This document shows, piece by piece, positions 7,823 through 15,766 of a stretch of 28,748 bases of DNA (the stretch's first letter is position 1; each line of letters starts with the position of its first letter). Under the pieces are notes generated by a model that did no database searches, was not told the origin of the DNA, and saw nothing but the letters and a program-made list of their open reading frames with translations. The position numbers and the translations under genes were made by a program. Source of the DNA: a virus (Duplodnaviria; Caudoviricetes). The stretch is from positions 1 through 28,748 of IMG/VR virus record IMGVR_UViG_3300020043_002894, one strand, 5' to 3'.

Positions 7823-7938
7823 CGTTCCCGCGCTACACTCGGTTTGCGACAATAGAACCTGAGTAGTTTTGGAATTGTAGAAACGTGAATTGAAAATGTG
7901 ATTCCAATAAAACAGCAAATCGATTGTAGCGTGTGTTA
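7820..7938 (+). repeat. attC-like hairpin site 4 (119 bp)
   Basis: TAAC-GTTCCCG-CGCTACACTCGGTTTGC ... GCAAATCGATTGTAGCG-TGT-GTTA. Confidence 0.85.
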
Positions 7939-7982
7939 GGGATATACCACGAACTATTAATTAATCAATTAAAACTTTAATT

Positions 7983-8468
7983 ATGAAATTATTATCAATG
8001 ACTGATTTCGTTATAGAAAACGAAAATATGGTAAAACAAACAGAAAGCGAAATGAGTAAAGATTTATTCAAATTAGCGCAATACGCTCACTTCTTAAAGC
8101 AACCATTAGAAAAATGGATGTTTGTTCCTTGTGATGCAAACGGAAACTATTGTCCAAAACCATATTTAGAAAATTATAATATCGATGAAGAAGGTAGTTA
8201 TTTATTTAATGTTGCTTTTACAAAATGGAAACAAGGCTCTCAAAAAGTTTTGTTTGAAAATTTCAAATTTGTAGAATCTCACAAAGAAGGAATAGACAAT
8301 AATTTAAATTATTTCGTTTTTCCTTACGGAGAAAATAGACTTGGATTAACAAAAAGACAGGAAGGTTTTAGAACTTGGTTTCAATTATTTACTGTTGAAG
8401 ATTTAGTTCAATGTAATTTAGAATTGACTAAAAACGTAATTGAAGAGTTCAAATTATCCACAATCTAG
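7983..8468 (+). CDS. Cassette 4 hypothetical protein
   Basis: 161-aa ORF with an A-rich leader, ending 12 nt before the terminal TAAC. Confidence 0.8.
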   Translation: MKLLSMTDFVIENENMVKQTESEMSKDLFKLAQYAHFLKQPLEKWMFVPCDANGNYCPKPYLENYNIDEEGSYLFNVAFTKWKQGSQKVLFENFKFVESHKEGIDNNLNYFVFPYGENRLGLTKRQEGFRTWFQLFTVEDLVQCNLELTKNVIEEFKLSTI

Positions 8469-8516
8469 GGCGGTTATCCCTAACTTGTAACTAACCGCTA
8501 CAAATGTATTACAATT

Positions 8517-8699
8517 ATGCAAAAATACACTAAAACAAAGGTTATACGTGTTAACGAAATACAGCTAAAAACTCTTCAAAAAATGAAGTCTTATAACGTA
8601 GATGTTAGCCAATTCATAAGAGATGCAATATCTGAAAAAATCAAAAAAGAGTATGCTAATTTAATACCTAAGCAAAAAAAGATTAAATGTCCTTTCTAA
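8517..8699 (+). CDS. Small ribbon-helix-helix-like DNA-binding protein
   Basis: TKVIRV (strand) NEIQLKTLQKMK (helix) ...DVSQFIRDAISEKI (helix). Confidence 0.65.
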   Translation: MQKYTKTKVIRVNEIQLKTLQKMKSYNVDVSQFIRDAISEKIKKEYANLIPKQKKIKCPF

Positions 8700-9108
8700 A
8701 ACTCGGCAATTTAACCCAAGCCAAAAAACCTAAAACCAAAAAGGCAAATAACCCGATGTATAGCCAAGTGTTATCCTCTCTGGTTGTTTGTTTTTTCTTT
8801 TCAATTGTGATTGTTTTTGTTATATTTCGATCATTCCATTTAGTAACCGTTTTACTTTTATCACTCTTTATAATTGCATTTATATACTCTTTGCCATCAA
8901 TTTTCATTGGTTTAAGCGCATCAAATGGCGTATAGGTAAAAGTATTGCCTAAAACTATTTTCGAGCCTTCTGAATAGCTGTTTTGTATTTCAATATTGGA
9001 GTGATTTTCTGTTGCAGTTTGACGAGTTCCACCGCAACCATAAGCCAAGAATAGCAATATAATCATCGCTAAAATAACAGCTGTTTCTAAAGTGTGTTTG
9101 CGGATCAT
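8683..9108 (-). CDS. Lipoprotein, unimolecular spanin-like
   Basis: Signal peptide with lipobox-like LAYGC, a Thr/Lys-rich middle and a C-terminal TM (WLYIGLFAFLVLGFLAW); downstream of the endolysin. Confidence 0.65.
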   Translation of the reverse strand: MIRKHTLETAVILAMIILLFLAYGCGGTRQTATENHSNIEIQNSYSEGSKIVLGNTFTYTPFDALKPMKIDGKEYINAIIKSDKSKTVTKWNDRNITKTITIEKKKQTTREDNTWLYIGLFAFLVLGFLAWVKLPSFRKDI

Positions 9109-9112
9109 AATT

Positions 9113-10105
9113 TTAGATATAAGCCGTTAATACTTTTACTTCATTTGCTGCAACCGCTCCAGTATCACTATCTGCCGAACCTGTAGTTATTGCTATTGCT
9201 ATACCTGTTCCAAATCGATGCCCTAAAGTTCCCATATCAGCGTGTATTGTTCCGTTTGGCGGAACTGCAATAGTAATAATAGGTACGTCTGTTCCTACAG
9301 TTGGCGCACTTGCTTTGTTATAGAATTTCACGAATCGTGTGGCTGCATTGGTATTACTTACAAGAATATTATAAACTGTTCCTGCTGCATTTTTTATAAA
9401 AGCCGCATTGGTTGAAGCGGCACTATTGATATTTGATGCTGTCGGCGTTACTAAGGTTCCTTGATTAGCAGTCACAGTTCCTGATACTGGTTGAGTTGCT
9501 GAAACTTGCGCTGCTGGAATAGGCTCGGTTGCATAAGTACCTAATTTAAATATCCAGTTTTGAGTTCCCGAAGTTCTTGCGGTTGCTCTTACTCTTACCC
9601 TTGACAAAGCATTTACAGATAATTCCCAAGCATAAACTGGTTGTGCAGATAAAGCACCTGTAGCAGTTTCGATAGTATTTGCATTACTTCTAACTGCTTG
9701 AATTCCAAACCAGCTTTCTCCTGTAGCTTCAAGGCTTCCCTCAAATGAAACATTTACACCTGCAAAAGTACCTGTACAAAACATCATTACATTGCTGGCT
9801 CTTGACACATCGCCAATAACAGTAGCGCCTGCAACTGGTGTGCCTATTGTGGCTTGTATTGCTGTAATACTTCCTGTAACATCTGCAAATGATGCTGGTT
9901 TTGATGATACTTTTAAACGCCCTTGCTCATCTAACTTTAGAACAGAATAATCTCCATCGCTAGCTGTTGAGGTATCAGCGTCAGAGCGAATTCCTAAAAT
10001 CATTATTCCTTTGTCTCCCGATACGTGAGGCTCGTCTTCTTGTTTTATAATGGATTGGAATGTAGCATCTAAAGCTAAATTCCCAAAAGCGTTTTGTAAA
10101 GGCAT
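9113..10105 (-). CDS. Putative virion fibre/appendage protein
   Basis: 330 aa, Ala/Thr/Gly/Ser-rich beta-type composition, next to the collagen-like gene. Confidence 0.55.
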   Translation of the reverse strand: MPLQNAFGNLALDATFQSIIKQEDEPHVSGDKGIMILGIRSDADTSTASDGDYSVLKLDEQGRLKVSSKPASFADVTGSITAIQATIGTPVAGATVIGDVSRASNVMMFCTGTFAGVNVSFEGSLEATGESWFGIQAVRSNANTIETATGALSAQPVYAWELSVNALSRVRVRATARTSGTQNWIFKLGTYATEPIPAAQVSATQPVSGTVTANQGTLVTPTASNINSAASTNAAFIKNAAGTVYNILVSNTNAATRFVKFYNKASAPTVGTDVPIITIAVPPNGTIHADMGTLGHRFGTGIAIAITTGSADSDTGAVAANEVKVLTAYI

Positions 10106-10107
10106 AA

Positions 10108-10683
10108 TTATATAGTATTAATCCACATTGTTGTTAAATTTCCTGAGCCGTCTATTTCAAACCAAACATAATCTTGAGATAATGCTGGGTCAATTTGTTG
10201 AATAAAAACATTTGTATTTCCATCATCTCCTTTTTCGCCTTGAATACCTTGTATCCCCTGTATTCCTTGCGCTCCAGTTTCTCCTTGAATGCCTTGACTT
10301 CCATTTGTTCCAGATGTTCCTGTATCGCCTTTTATTCCTTGAATACCTTGAATACCTTGTGCGCCTGTTTCTCCTGTATCGCCTTTCAATCCTTGTATTC
10401 CTTGCAATCCCTGTGGACCAACATCCCCAGTATCTCCTTTTATTCCTTGCGGTCCAGTTTCTCCCTGCGGTCCGATACTTCCAGTAGGTCCTATTGGTCC
10501 AGTTGCGCCAGTAGGTCCTTGCTCTCCATCATCTCCTTTATCCCCTTTCAGTCCTTGCAATCCAGTTTCAGCAACTTCAATATTAACAGAAGAAGTAGTT
10601 TCTACAACGTCAATATTAACCAAATTTGTAGTTTCTTCAACCGTTAAGTTTACCTCTTGCGTTATTTCTGTAATTTCTATCAT
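10108..10683 (-). CDS. Collagen-like (Gly-X-Y) fibre protein
   Basis: Continuous G-X-Y run (GIQ/GDT/GET/GPQ) over about 10219-10563. Confidence 0.9.
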   Translation of the reverse strand: MIEITEITQEVNLTVEETTNLVNIDVVETTSSVNIEVAETGLQGLKGDKGDDGEQGPTGATGPIGPTGSIGPQGETGPQGIKGDTGDVGPQGLQGIQGLKGDTGETGAQGIQGIQGIKGDTGTSGTNGSQGIQGETGAQGIQGIQGIQGEKGDDGNTNVFIQQIDPALSQDYVWFEIDGSGNLTTMWINTI

Positions 10684-11024
10684 ACTGTAGGAACTGTTAT
10701 ATCTTGAATCACTTTAAGATTACCCTTCAAATAAGTTTGGCTTGTGCCTTCTGCAAAATTAATTTGCAAATCATAAACATAATTCCCAGCAGCAGGGGCG
10801 AATAGGTCTTTTTGCTGTAGCACAATTTCTCCTGTTGTAGCATTTACAACCGTGATATTTACCCCTGATTTCCATTCGTGAATAACGCTTGACCCACTTT
10901 GAGCCTTTATTTGAGAAATTATAGTCGCTCCTGTAATTGGAAAATTAAACTTAATAGTCAGAGGTGACAATGTCGAGCCTCTGTAATGGTCTGGCAAGTT
11001 GTATGTTTGTGGTTGTAAGCTCAT
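10680..11024 (-). CDS. Ig-like/BppU-N-like fibre adaptor
   Basis: YRGST...ITGATI...GNYVYDLQI...[14 protein letters not shown], a pattern typical of small proteins preceding collagen fibres. Confidence 0.55.
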   Translation of the reverse strand: MSLQPQTYNLPDHYRGSTLSPLTIKFNFPITGATIISQIKAQSGSSVIHEWKSGVNITVVNATTGEIVLQQKDLFAPAAGNYVYDLQINFAEGTSQTYLKGNLKVIQDITVPTV

Positions 11025-11034
11025 GAGTTTTTAT

Positions 11035-11526
11035 TTATTTATTTAAAAAATATAGTTTTGCTTCGGCTCTACGTCTTGAAATTAGCCCATTCAATATTTT
11101 TCCACCACCCATAATATAGTGATTAACCCACCAATCCCTCAATAAAGGATTATTTGAATTTGACATTTCTGTTAAAGTCGAAGAACCCCCCGTGTTGTAT
11201 TGATGTGATACTAGGGCGTCAAACTCATTTTGTTTTAATGGTCTTTTCGCTTTTAAAATGACTTGTCTTTCATATGGCGGCAAATCTTCTGCGAGTGCTT
11301 TCTCGGCTTCGGCTTCTGTTCTAATTGTGATATTAGCGTATGCGAGTTTTTTGTTTTCCTTGCCTTTTATAAAGTTCCCGTTTTTGTCACGCATTGCCCG
11401 ACCATAGCCCTCTGTCCAAATTCCAGCAGGACACATTTTAGGTTGTAATCCGATAGTCGATAGGTCGCCATCGTGCAACCCTTCAAAGTGTTTAATTAAA
11501 TCAATTCCTATTTGTGATGTTTTCAT
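11035..11526 (-). CDS. Endolysin, GH24 lysozyme
   Basis: GIDLIKHFEG, CPAGIWTEGYG, QNEFDALVS..YNTG, GLISRRRAEAKLY. Confidence 0.92.
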   Translation of the reverse strand: MKTSQIGIDLIKHFEGLHDGDLSTIGLQPKMCPAGIWTEGYGRAMRDKNGNFIKGKENKKLAYANITIRTEAEAEKALAEDLPPYERQVILKAKRPLKQNEFDALVSHQYNTGGSSTLTEMSNSNNPLLRDWWVNHYIMGGGKILNGLISRRRAEAKLYFLNK

Positions 11527-11530
11527 AATT

Positions 11531-11839
11531 TCACTTTTTTACCTCTAATATTTTTACCACCAAAAAACCAATTCCTGATGCTCCTAAAATACCAAAAAAC
11601 CATTTTATAAATACACTTAACTCTACCAAATTTAAGACAATTTTTTCTAACGAATCAACTTTTTTGACAACCCTATCAACCTCTGTAACAAGCCCCTCGT
11701 TACCGTTCATCTTATTACCGATTAATGTGTGCTTTATTTCTAATAAAAGCTCTGTATTGTCGTTTGTTGATTGTTCTTGTCTTGTTAAGTGGCGTGTTAA
11801 TTTTTCAACGTCATATTTAATGGCTTTTAAATCTTCCAT
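11531..11839 (-). CDS. Coiled-coil protein with C-terminal TM (holin/antiholin candidate)
   Basis: C-terminal hydrophobic helix; immediately upstream of the lysozyme. Confidence 0.55.
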   Translation of the reverse strand: MEDLKAIKYDVEKLTRHLTRQEQSTNDNTELLLEIKHTLIGNKMNGNEGLVTEVDRVVKKVDSLEKIVLNLVELSVFIKWFFGILGASGIGFLVVKILEVKK

Positions 11840-11844
11840 AGGAA

Positions 11845-12132
11845 TTAATAGGTTTTTTGTTTATAAAATAGTCTTGCAATTATTACGGCTAAAACGATAA
11901 ATAATTGCGTTTTTGTGAAATGCAATGGGTCTAAAAATAATTCCTTAAACAAATTCCACACCGCCAACCACAACAACACAAATTTAACAAAACTAAATTT
12001 ATCCTCAAGAAAAATGTACAAAGAAATTAGCATAAAAAAGAACGCTGTTCCAATATAATAAAAGCCGTGCGCCATATCAGCAAGCACGGCAAATACTAAA
12101 GCAAAATACAATATTAGCTTACGGTCTATCAT
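11845..12132 (-). CDS. Multi-pass membrane protein (holin candidate)
   Basis: 3-4 hydrophobic segments in 95 aa. Confidence 0.55.
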   Translation of the reverse strand: MIDRKLILYFALVFAVLADMAHGFYYIGTAFFFMLISLYIFLEDKFSFVKFVLLWLAVWNLFKELFLDPLHFTKTQLFIVLAVIIARLFYKQKTY

Positions 12133-12388
12133 TTGGACGGTCTGTACCTAAAATGTCGTTTGGGTCTGTTGCGTAAGCCTCTGCAATTTCATTTTTAATT
12201 TTCGGTGATTTTGCATTGTAAAGTTTGTAGGCAGCCCAAATCATACCTATGTATTTTACAACGGAAAACGACCACGTAGGCGCACTTATTTCATTCAAGA
12301 AATTGACAACAATGGTTGTGTCGTCAGCGATAAAACCAATTACTACTAATAGCATTGGTAAAAAGTTGTTTGTAATCCAATTTTTCAT
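12119..12388 (-). CDS. Membrane protein (holin candidate)
   Basis: Likely start MKNWIT at 12388; two hydrophobic segments and a charged tail. Confidence 0.5.
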   Translation of the reverse strand: MKNWITNNFLPMLLVVIGFIADDTTIVVNFLNEISAPTWSFSVVKYIGMIWAAYKLYNAKSPKIKNEIAEAYATDPNDILGTDRPNDRP

Positions 12389-12687
12389 AATCCAAATATT
12401 TTTAAAAGTTTCTGCCAAAACGTTAATTTTTTGATTACTATCGGTTTTGGCGTTTCGATAGTGTATGTTGGTACTGACAAATATACTTCATTTATAACAG
12501 TATCGCATTGCTGCATAATAGGAAATGTCTCTCCAATTGTAAAATTTTCTTTCCCTGCCGAAACAAAAGCCGTTTGCGAAAAGCAAATCGATGTGAATAG
12601 CAGAAATATTGCTGTTTTCACAGGATTTATTTTTAAGCTTAAAAGGTCTTTTTTGTACTCTTCTATAATTTGTCTATACAGTTCCAT
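12385..12687 (-). CDS. Hypothetical protein with signal-like hydrophobic segment
   Basis: TAIFLLFTSICFSQ; overlaps both neighbours. Confidence 0.6.
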   Translation of the reverse strand: MELYRQIIEEYKKDLLSLKINPVKTAIFLLFTSICFSQTAFVSAGKENFTIGETFPIMQQCDTVINEVYLSVPTYTIETPKPIVIKKLTFWQKLLKIFGL

Positions 12688-14713
12688 TTTGAATTACTCC
12701 CGCACTTATAACATTAGCACCCCACAAATGACCTCTGTCGTTTGGATGTAAGCCATCATTCAGTAATTCATAATTTTGAGAACAAACCAAATCTAAATCA
12801 ATTAACTGTACATTTAATTCAGTAGATAATTTTCGAGCTAAATTGTTTAAATCTGTTCTTTTTGACTGCGAAAATTCTAAAGTCAAATCTCCTAAAGATG
12901 TATTTGATAAATCTAAAGGCCATCCTGTAAATAGAACAGGAACTATATTTGCTGCTTTAATTAAAGAAATCATCGACCTATAGTTAGAATTTGATTGAGA
13001 AAGCGTTTGTCCATTGCCATCAATTTTGGCATCATTAATTGCCATTTCCAAAAGAAATATTTGTGGATTTGCAGAAATCAACGCTGGCAAATTTGAAAGC
13101 ATTCCTGCTGATGTTTGTCCAGAAACGCCACCGTCAACTATAGTGATGGTTCTGCCGAGAACAGTATCTAATGTTTGTTTAAATAAATACAACCATTTAT
13201 TATTCCCTCCGTGTCCACCAGTTGCCCCAACCCCATAAGTTATAGAAGTTCCAGACACACCTATTTTATCATATAACGAAGGGTATTTTGGAAATAATAA
13301 AGGTGATTTCCCAACTAAAGTCAATTTAAAAAAGTCTATTTTATACAGTCCTTCATACCCTGTCAACGTTCCTGCGGATGCAAAAGTGGTAGCGTTATAT
13401 ATTTTAACAGTAACCCCTCCCGAAGATTCAAATCCAATATTTCCTTGAACACCAATTCTAAATCCTGATTGAACTATTTGATTAACTCTAAAAGTCTGAA
13501 TATTGCCATTATCTAAAGGGGTTAAGGTTGTTAATAAAGTAAAAGTAGTTTCGTTGTAAGCATACACTTTTACAGAGGCAGTTCCTGAATTTCTAATAAA
13601 TGAAATGTCAAAATAATCTTTATCCTCTGTAGTTTGCCCCCATTGGTTTACCATTATTAAATCTGTTGATATACCTGATGCCAGTACATTATTAGGTAGA
13701 TTAGTTTCAACAACATCAATAATCTCGGTGGTTATGTTTTTTAAATCAGTAATTTCATTATCTAATGTTTCGATTGTTTTTGCGGAAGCTCCTGTAACTT
13801 CTTGTATTAATTCAGGAACATTATTTAAAGTTATCGTTTCTTTAAAAAATTTAACTTTATAAAGACTATCCCAAGTAGGAAATGAACCAGCAGAAGAAAA
13901 ATCGCTTTGGTTATAAACAGCAAGGCCAACCCCAGTAATATTATTTGAAAATCCAATATTACCCACTACAGCTATTCTACTACCAATAGGAACGACTTCA
14001 TTAACTCTAAAAGTTTGAATAGAAGATACGTCTAAAGGTGTAATTGTAGCTACTAAAGTAAAAGTAGAACCTGTATGAATATAAACCAAAACATTAGACG
14101 TTCCACTTCGTCTAATAAACGATATGTCAAAGTAATTTTTTTCTTCTGTTGTTTCCGCCCATTGATTTTCCATTATATTAGCAGTTTCACTCCCAGATTC
14201 TAATATATTATTTGGACTTAATTCAATAAATGTTGTGGATGTAGTAGTTCCTATCGCATTAGATAAATCTTTCGCCCCTGCCAAATTCAATGCTTTATCC
14301 GTAGCAGTAGAATTAAGATTGCTTGATAAGTCAGAAACGTTTAGTTTGCCAGATAGGTCAATCGGGGTTAAACTAACTGAATATACTCCATCAACTCTTT
14401 GAAGCGTTCCGAAATTATTAGCAGGAACAACCATTCCGCCCCAATTAGTATAAGTACCTTCTCCTACTCCTATAGCGTGAATGTTTCCTGTTGGTGGTAC
14501 AGCTGAAGAAGTGGTCACTCCTCCGATAAGGGTACTGTCGGTTATAGCGGCTACAATTTTTTGGTCTTGTTCGGCAAGGAAAACAGATTTTAAAATTCGT
14601 TTACTTGTGCCTTGTGCGCTTTCGGTTGTATCCGTAGGGTCAACAATATATAGCCATCCATCTACTTCGATGTCGCTCAATATTGTTTTCTGCATTAATG
14701 TTTCGTTAGCCAT
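12674..14713 (-). CDS. Tail fibre/spike-like protein with duplicated domain and C-terminal SGNH/GDSL hydrolase
   Basis: SGNH blocks GTSITYG, GGVSG, INDA, DGLHP; two ~125-aa internal repeats. Confidence 0.8.
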   Translation of the reverse strand: MANETLMQKTILSDIEVDGWLYIVDPTDTTESAQGTSKRILKSVFLAEQDQKIVAAITDSTLIGGVTTSSAVPPTGNIHAIGVGEGTYTNWGGMVVPANNFGTLQRVDGVYSVSLTPIDLSGKLNVSDLSSNLNSTATDKALNLAGAKDLSNAIGTTTSTTFIELSPNNILESGSETANIMENQWAETTEEKNYFDISFIRRSGTSNVLVYIHTGSTFTLVATITPLDVSSIQTFRVNEVVPIGSRIAVVGNIGFSNNITGVGLAVYNQSDFSSAGSFPTWDSLYKVKFFKETITLNNVPELIQEVTGASAKTIETLDNEITDLKNITTEIIDVVETNLPNNVLASGISTDLIMVNQWGQTTEDKDYFDISFIRNSGTASVKVYAYNETTFTLLTTLTPLDNGNIQTFRVNQIVQSGFRIGVQGNIGFESSGGVTVKIYNATTFASAGTLTGYEGLYKIDFFKLTLVGKSPLLFPKYPSLYDKIGVSGTSITYGVGATGGHGGNNKWLYLFKQTLDTVLGRTITIVDGGVSGQTSAGMLSNLPALISANPQIFLLEMAINDAKIDGNGQTLSQSNSNYRSMISLIKAANIVPVLFTGWPLDLSNTSLGDLTLEFSQSKRTDLNNLARKLSTELNVQLIDLDLVCSQNYELLNDGLHPNDRGHLWGANVISAGVIQNGTV

Positions 14714-15281
14714 TTTGTGATATTAAATTATTATTGTTTTGTAAATATATAGGTAAACCGTTTTCAAAAAGTAAGTAGAATGTTTCTTCTGTTCCGTTGT
14801 CGAAAAATCCAGCGTCCGAAAGGTTTTCAATAAAAAAACTACCTTCTTCGTCTTTTGCTGTGAAATCAATTTTAATACCATTTAAATCAGTCTTGACTGA
14901 ACCAGTTGTATAGTTCATTCCAGTAACACTTAGTCCTGTTCGAAGTCCAAAAATATGATACACGTTATTATTATCTTGAACTATAATTCTAAATTCAAGG
15001 TTTTTCAAATAACGTAATTTTTTAGCTTCTTTTTTTGCAAAAACTAAAGATATAGTTTGGTTATAAAAGTCGCCACCTTCGGTAATTTCCATTGTTTCAG
15101 AAAGAACAGGATTTTGAAGGCTTTTAAATTCATAAATTATAGTTTCTGGAAATGAAAGCAAATTAACATCATCGGTAATAATTTCATTATATCGATATTT
15201 GACATAAGGCATAAGCCATACCTTTTTGACTCCACCCAATCCATCTTTGCACTTTATGCCGTAACCGCTTATAATTTCCAT
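14706..15281 (-). CDS. Structural protein, paralogue of the tail tube-like protein
   Basis: CKDGLGGVKKVWL and IVQDNNNVYHIFG match CKQGLGGLGKLYL and VVKDRNGIYHAIG of 17749-18258. Confidence 0.7.
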   Translation of the reverse strand: MEIISGYGIKCKDGLGGVKKVWLMPYVKYRYNEIITDDVNLLSFPETIIYEFKSLQNPVLSETMEITEGGDFYNQTISLVFAKKEAKKLRYLKNLEFRIIVQDNNNVYHIFGLRTGLSVTGMNYTTGSVKTDLNGIKIDFTAKDEEGSFFIENLSDAGFFDNGTEETFYLLFENGLPIYLQNNNNLISQNG

Positions 15282-15760
15282 CCGAAACTTGTTTTAACTT
15301 TTTGAGCATTTACTTCATCTTGACAAACCTTATATTCTTCAAGGTAGTTTTTGCAGATCCATTTATTAAAACGCCCGATATACATTTGCGCTAAATTATG
15401 ATATTTACCTGCCAAATATTGACATTCGTCTTTGCTAACAACTTCTATTTTATCGCCTGTATGTTTCACAACTCCGCCATTATCTACCGTATAAGAGGCA
15501 ATCTCAATGTATTGCGCTACTGCTTCATTTTTTGTAATTGGCTTGACAAAATCGGTGTACAATTCAAGATATAAACCGCTTAATCCCAATCCTTCAATAT
15601 CAGATTTTATTTTGTCGTATAATAATGAACCAAGTAATGGCTCTATTACTGATATTTGAGCATCCGCAATACAAAATATATACTTATCCGTGTCAGTATT
15701 TCCACTTAAAATAGTGGATTTAGTCATTTCGTCTGGGGTAATAAATAGTAATTCTGCCAT
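15269..15760 (-). CDS. Putative head-tail adaptor
   Basis: Directly downstream of the portal; I.DAQ...IEPLLGS.LYDKI helical pattern. Confidence 0.55.
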   Translation of the reverse strand: MAELLFITPDEMTKSTILSGNTDTDKYIFCIADAQISVIEPLLGSLLYDKIKSDIEGLGLSGLYLELYTDFVKPITKNEAVAQYIEIASYTVDNGGVVKHTGDKIEVVSKDECQYLAGKYHNLAQMYIGRFNKWICKNYLEEYKVCQDEVNAQKVKTSFGWKL

Positions 15761-15766
15761 TTTACT

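Larger units (their letters stand above)
6624..8484 (+). mobile_element. Integron-like gene cassette array (4 cassettes, no integrase in window)
   Basis: Four TAAC...GTTA hairpins alternate with four ORFs; the two ends of each cassette are mutually complementary over 9-14 bp. Confidence 0.8.

Noticed and set aside
6624-8484. CRISPR array or REP/terminator interpretation of the hairpins
   Set aside because: The hairpins are not sequence-identical repeats, the intervening segments are whole genes, there are no U-tracts, and cassette-specific end complementarity is not explained by these classes.
10219-10563. 9-bp periodic DNA repeats as a contingency locus
   Set aside because: Fully explained by Gly-X-Y collagen coding.
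13325-14215. Internal repeats of the SGNH protein as DGR TR/VR
   Set aside because: Both copies are in-frame coding, diverged at all base types, and no RT gene is present.
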